A stretch of DNA of 30,769 bases from a virus (lineage: Duplodnaviria; Heunggongvirae; Uroviricota; Caudoviricetes): the IMG/VR virus record IMGVR_UViG_2802429253_000014, positions 1 to 30,769 of that record; one strand, given 5' to 3'. The position numbers were made by a program, and so were the translations under genes. The number at the start of each line of letters is the position of its first letter. The stretch's first letter is position 1. The notes below the pieces were generated by a model. It was not told the origin of the DNA. It made no database searches and saw only the letters and a program-made list of their open reading frames with translations. Below, piece after piece: positions 26,373 through 30,769 of this stretch.

Positions 26373-28812
26373 CAATGTAAAATTACAGGTATTGCTCAGG
26401 GCTGTTGACCAGGCATCCCGCCCGTTTAAATCCATCCGTACAGCGAGTAAGTCGCTGTCGGGGGATATCCGGGACACACAAAAATCACTGCGCGAGCTGA
26501 ACGGTCAGGCATCCCGTATTGAGGGATTTCGCAAGACCAGCGCACAGCTCGCCGTGACTGGTCAGGAACTGAAAAAAGCCAGACAGGAAGCCGCAGCTCT
26601 GGCTGTCCAGTTTAAAAATACTGAACGACCGACAAATGCACAGGCAAAGGCAATGGAAGCCGCGCGTAAAAATGCGTCTGAGTTACAGGCGAAATATAAC
26701 AGCCTGAGATTGTCGGTACAGCGCCAGCGTCAGGAATTGAGTCAGGCGGGTATTAATACCCGTAATCTGGCGCATGATGAACGAGGGCTGAAAAACCGTA
26801 TCAGTGAAACCACCGCACAGCTTAACCGGCAGCGTGACGCGCTGGCGCGTGTCAGTGCACAACAGGCACAACTTAATGCAGTAAAACAGCGTTATCAGGC
26901 CGGAAAGGAACTGGCCGGAAACATGGCCTCAGTGGGCGCTGCTGGTGTGGGGATTGCGGCGGCGGGAACGATGGCCGGAGTTAAGCTGCTGATGCCCGGC
27001 TATGAGTTTGCGCAGAAAAACTCAGAATTGCAGGCCGTGCTGAGTGTGGCAAAAGACTCCGCCGAAATGACCGCACTCCGCAAGCAGGCGCGCCAGCTCG
27101 GCGACAATACCGCAGCCTCGGCAGATGATGCAGCCGGTGCACAGATTATCATTGCGAAAGCGGGTGGAGATGCTGCGGCTATTCAGGCAGCAACGCCGGT
27201 CACACTGAATATGGCACTGGCAAACCAGCGGTCGATGGAAGAAAACGCGCAATTGTTGCTGGGGACTAAGGCATCCTTTCAACTGTCAAATGATGATGTC
27301 AGCCATGTGGGCGACGTGTTGTCGGCAACGATGAATAAGTCGGCGGCTGATTTTCAGGGACTCAGTGATGCACTGACTTACCTCGGCCCGGTTGCGAGGA
27401 CGGCAGGTGTAAGTCTTGAGCAGGCAGCGGCCATGACCGGTGTGCTGCATGACAATAACATCAGGGGGTCAATGGCGGGTACGGGTAGCAGTGCCGTTGT
27501 CACCCGATTACAGGCACCGACTGGAAAAGCATGGGATGCACTCAAAGAGCTTGGCGTTAAAACCTCGGACAAAAAGGGGAATATGCGTCCGTTGTTCACC
27601 ATTCTGAAAGAGATTCAGGCCAGCTTTGATAAGCATAAGCTGGGAACGTCTCAGAAGGGGGAATACCTTAAAACCATTTTTGGTGAGGAAGCCCTGAAAT
27701 CAGCGAACGTTTTACTGGCAGCGGCAGCAAGCGGAAAACTGGATACGCTGACCGCCACGCTGAAAGCCTCGGACGGTAAAACGGAAGAGCTGGTTAAAAT
27801 CATGCAGGATAACCTCGGCGGTGACTTTAAGGAGTTTCAGTCCGCTTATGAGGCGGTAGGGACTGACCTGTTTGACCAGCAGGAAGGCGCACTGCGTAAT
27901 CTCACGCAGACGGCCACAAAGTATGTGTTAAAACTCGACGGCTGGATACAGAAAAACAAATCACTGGCGTCAACCATCGGCCTCATTGCCGGTGGCGCAC
28001 TGGTGCTGACTGGCATCATCGGTGCCATTGGTCTTGTAGCCTGGCCGGTTATCACCGGCATCAATGCCATCATCGCGGCAGCAGGCGCAATGGGGGCAAT
28101 CTTCACGACGGTTGGCAGTGCTGTTATGACCGCCATCGGGGCGATTAGCTGGCCGGTAGTGGCCGTGGTGGCCGCCATTGTCGCCGGGGCGTTACTTATC
28201 CGTAAATACTGGGAGCCTGTCAGCGCATTTTTTGGCGGTGTGGTTGAAGGGCTGAAAGCGGCATTTGCGCCGGTGGGGGAACTGTTCACGCCACTTAAAC
28301 CGGTGTTTGACTGGCTGGGTGAAAAGTTACAGGCCGCGTGGCAGTGGTTTAAAAACCTGATTGCCCCGGTCAAAGCCACCCAGGACACCCTGAACCGTTG
28401 CCGTGACACGGGCGTCATGTTCGGGCAGGCACTGGCTGACGCGCTGATGCTGCCGCTTAATGCGTTCAACAAACTGCGCAGTGGTATTGACTGGGTACTG
28501 GAAAAACTCGGTGTCATCAACAAAGAGTCAGACACACTTGACCAGACCGCCGCCAGAACTCAAGCCGCCACGTATGGCAGCGGTGGTTATATTCCGGCGA
28601 CCAGCTCTTATGCAGGTTATCAGGCTTATCAGCCGGTCACGGCACCGGCTGGCCGCTCTTATGTAGACCAGAGTAAAAACGAATATCACATCAGCCTGAC
28701 GGGTGGTACTGCGCCGGGGACACAGCTTGACCGCCAGTTACAGGATGCGCTCGAAAAATACGAGCGGGATAAACGTGCGCGCGCCCGTGCCAGCATGATG
28801 CATGACGGTTAA
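26365..28812 (+). CDS. T: tail tape measure protein
   Basis: 815 aa, coiled-coil N-terminal part, glycine/alanine-rich hydrophobic segment; P2 gpT size and position. Confidence 0.9.
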   Translation: MSNNVKLQVLLRAVDQASRPFKSIRTASKSLSGDIRDTQKSLRELNGQASRIEGFRKTSAQLAVTGQELKKARQEAAALAVQFKNTERPTNAQAKAMEAARKNASELQAKYNSLRLSVQRQRQELSQAGINTRNLAHDERGLKNRISETTAQLNRQRDALARVSAQQAQLNAVKQRYQAGKELAGNMASVGAAGVGIAAAGTMAGVKLLMPGYEFAQKNSELQAVLSVAKDSAEMTALRKQARQLGDNTAASADDAAGAQIIIAKAGGDAAAIQAATPVTLNMALANQRSMEENAQLLLGTKASFQLSNDDVSHVGDVLSATMNKSAADFQGLSDALTYLGPVARTAGVSLEQAAAMTGVLHDNNIRGSMAGTGSSAVVTRLQAPTGKAWDALKELGVKTSDKKGNMRPLFTILKEIQASFDKHKLGTSQKGEYLKTIFGEEALKSANVLLAAAASGKLDTLTATLKASDGKTEELVKIMQDNLGGDFKEFQSAYEAVGTDLFDQQEGALRNLTQTATKYVLKLDGWIQKNKSLASTIGLIAGGALVLTGIIGAIGLVAWPVITGINAIIAAAGAMGAIFTTVGSAVMTAIGAISWPVVAVVAAIVAGALLIRKYWEPVSAFFGGVVEGLKAAFAPVGELFTPLKPVFDWLGEKLQAAWQWFKNLIAPVKATQDTLNRCRDTGVMFGQALADALMLPLNAFNKLRSGIDWVLEKLGVINKESDTLDQTAARTQAATYGSGGYIPATSSYAGYQAYQPVTAPAGRSYVDQSKNEYHISLTGGTAPGTQLDRQLQDALEKYERDKRARARASMMHDG

Positions 28813-28826
28813 GGAGGTGACGAAAA

Positions 28827-29306
28827 ATGATGCTCGCGTTAGGTATGTTTGTTTTTATGCGCCAGACGCTGCCACACCAGACCATGCAGCGTGAATCAGA
28901 TTATCGCTGGCCGTCAAATTCCCGTATCGGTAAACGGGATGCCTACCAGTTTCTCGGTGTGGGTGAGGAAAACATGACGCTTGCCGGTGTGCTTTATCCT
29001 GAACTGACCGGCGGAAAGCTGACGGTGACCACGCTCAGACTGATGGCAGAGGAAGGCCGGGCGTGGCCGTTGCTGGATGGCACTGGCATGATTTACGGCA
29101 TGTATGTCATCAGCAAGGTGAGTGAAACAGGGAGTATTTTCTTTGCAGACGGCACACCCCGAAAAATTGATTTTACGCTGTCGCTCACCCGCGTTGACGA
29201 ATCACTGGCCGCGCTTTATGGCGATATCGGTAAACAGGCGGAATCGCTCATCGGTAAGGCTGGCAGTATGGCGACTAAATTCACAGGAATGACGGGGGCG
29301 GGATAA
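28827..29306 (+). CDS. U: tail protein U
   Basis: 159 aa, P2 gpU position. Confidence 0.88.
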   Translation: MMLALGMFVFMRQTLPHQTMQRESDYRWPSNSRIGKRDAYQFLGVGEENMTLAGVLYPELTGGKLTVTTLRLMAEEGRAWPLLDGTGMIYGMYVISKVSETGSIFFADGTPRKIDFTLSLTRVDESLAALYGDIGKQAESLIGKAGSMATKFTGMTGAG

Positions 29307-30469
29307 TGCTGGATGCACTGACATTTGATGCAGGCAGTACGCTGACGCCGGATTACATGCTGATGCTCGACAGCAGGGATATTACCGGCAATATCAGCGA
29401 CCGTCTGATGAGCATGACTCTGACGGATAACCGGGGCTTTGAGGCTGACCAGCTTGATATTGAACTGAACGATGCCGACGGGCAGGTCGGACTGCCGGTT
29501 CGTGGCGCTGTCCTGACGGTGTATATCGGCTGGAAAGGTTTTGCCCTGGTATGCAAAGGGAAATTTACCGTTGATGAGGTTGAACACCGGGGCGCGCCGG
29601 ATGTGGTCACCATCCGCGCCCGGAGTGCAGATTTTCGCGGGACGCTCAATTCCCGCCGGGAAGGCTCCTGGCATGACACCACGCTCGGTGCGATTGTTGA
29701 GGCGATAGCCACCCGTAACAGGCTGGAAGCCAGTGTCGCTCCGTCACTGGCCGGAATTAAAATCCCGCACATCGACCAGTCGCAGGAGTCCGATGTGAAA
29801 TTCCTGACCCGTCTTGCTGAACGCAACGGCGGTGAGGTGTCGGTAAAAATGGGAAAACTGCTGTTTCTCAAAGCGGGGCAGGGGGTGACGGCCAGCGGTA
29901 AAAAAATCCCTCAGATTACCATCACCCGCAGCGACGGTGACCGTCATCATTTTGCGATTGCTGACCGTGGAGCCTATACCGGCGTAACAGCAAAGTGGTT
30001 ACACACCAAAGACCCGAAGCCGCAAAAGCAGAAGGTAAAACTGAAACGCAAAAAGAAAGAGAAACACCTGCGCGCACTGGAGCACCCGAAAGCTAAACCG
30101 GTCACGCAGAAGAAAGCGCCAAAAGTACCGGAAGCGCGCGAAGGTGAATACATGGCCGGTGAGGCTGACAATGTTTTTGCCCTGACCACGGTATATGCCA
30201 CAAAAGCGCAGGCCATGCGCGCCGCTCAGGCGAAGTGGGATAAACTGCAACGGGGTGTGGCGGAGTTCTCCATCAGCCTGGCTACCGGTCGGGCAGATAT
30301 TTACACGGAAACACCGGTTAAAGTGTCAGGCTTTAAGCGCGTCATAGACGAGCAGGACTGGACAATCACTAAGGTGACACATTTTCTGAATAATAGCGGC
30401 TTCACGACGTCCTTAGAGCTTGAGGTCAGGCTTTCTGATGTGGAGTACGAAACAGAAGATGATGAGTGA
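29306..30469 (+). CDS. D: tail protein D (late control gene D)
   Basis: 387 aa, start overlaps the U stop; P2 gpD position and size. Confidence 0.88.
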   Translation: MLDALTFDAGSTLTPDYMLMLDSRDITGNISDRLMSMTLTDNRGFEADQLDIELNDADGQVGLPVRGAVLTVYIGWKGFALVCKGKFTVDEVEHRGAPDVVTIRARSADFRGTLNSRREGSWHDTTLGAIVEAIATRNRLEASVAPSLAGIKIPHIDQSQESDVKFLTRLAERNGGEVSVKMGKLLFLKAGQGVTASGKKIPQITITRSDGDRHHFAIADRGAYTGVTAKWLHTKDPKPQKQKVKLKRKKKEKHLRALEHPKAKPVTQKKAPKVPEAREGEYMAGEADNVFALTTVYATKAQAMRAAQAKWDKLQRGVAEFSISLATGRADIYTETPVKVSGFKRVIDEQDWTITKVTHFLNNSGFTTSLELEVRLSDVEYETEDDE

Positions 30470-30550
30470 TGCTTTTATTTTATCTGTTTGTTTTATAAGG
30501 ATAAATTAACTAAAATGGCAACATCAACAAAACCGGAAGAGGTGCTCGCG

Positions 30551-30769
30551 ATGTTTCATTGTCCTTTATGCCAGCATGCCGCACATGCGCGTACAAGCCG
30601 CTATATCACTGACACGACAAAAGAGCGTTATCACCAGTGCCAGAACGTGAATTGCAGCGCCACGTTCATCACCTATGAGTCGGTACAGAGATACATCGTG
30701 AAGCCGGGAGAAGTCCACGCCGTAAGGCCGCACCCGTTGCCGTCAGGGCAGCAAATTATGTGGATGTAA
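30551..30769 (+). CDS. ogr: Ogr late-gene transcriptional activator (C4 zinc finger)
   Basis: 72 aa from ATG 30551 (MFHCPLCQHAAHARTSRYITDTTKERYHQCQNVNCSATF...), equal to P2 Ogr by recall; the stop codon is the last 3 nt of the window. Confidence 0.88.
   Translation: MFHCPLCQHAAHARTSRYITDTTKERYHQCQNVNCSATFITYESVQRYIVKPGEVHAVRPHPLPSGQQIMWM

Larger units (their letters stand above)
1..30769. mobile_element. P2-like prophage, int through ogr; ends and att sites not resolvable within the window
   Basis: Complete P2-type synteny (int-C-cox-B-A / cos / Q-P / O-N-M-L-X-Y-K-lysABC-R-S-V-W-J-I-H-G / FI-FII-E-T-U-D / ogr); the 19-nt P2 cos sequence is present internally at 9770-9788, as expected for an integrated, circularly permuted genome. 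Confidence 0.9.

Noticed and set aside
13297-30250. Antisense or alternative-frame ORFs within the late genes (e.g. 13297-13717, 15075-15674, 15966-16412, 18983-19507, 20714-21325, 21129-21731, 22171-22755, 27846-28535, 29216-29871, 29974-30250)
   Set aside because: Embedded in conserved P2 structural genes with no independent start signals; treated as shadow ORFs. The only embedded ORF retained is lysC, which has a lipoprotein signal and a known P2 counterpart.
1-30769. tRNA, rRNA, CRISPR arrays, IS elements or transposases
   Set aside because: No cloverleaf-compatible sequences recognised near the int-proximal end, no repeat-spacer arrays, and no transposase-like ORFs; the only repeats are the protein-coding tandem repeats noted above.

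Overview
This window is essentially one near-complete P2-like temperate phage in prophage orientation, running from int to the ogr stop codon. Gene order: possible attL/flank ORF (1-237), int(-), repressor C(-), cox(+), three small early ORFs (one antisense), B, four small ORFs, replication gene A, a ~3.2 kb AT-rich cargo island (6602-9769), cos (9770-9788), Q and P on the minus strand, then O N M L X Y K lysA lysB/lysC R S V W J I H G, FI FII E/E' T U D, and ogr. The late and replication proteins match coliphage P2 closely by my recall; the int/C immunity region and the C-terminal part of tail fibre H differ from P2. The main find is the cargo in the slot where P2 carries orf91/tin/old: a Dcm-like C5 cytosine methyltransferase (+) converging on, and overlapping by 22 bp, a minus-strand two-gene operon encoding a DUF262 (ParB/Srx-like) protein and a HEPN-motif (RNDLAH) protein. 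I read this as a candidate uncharacterised phage-defence or exclusion module, possibly restriction-modification-like. No rRNA, tRNA, CRISPR array or IS/transposase was seen. All homology statements come from motif reading and memory of P2; no database search, HMM scan or GC calculation was run.
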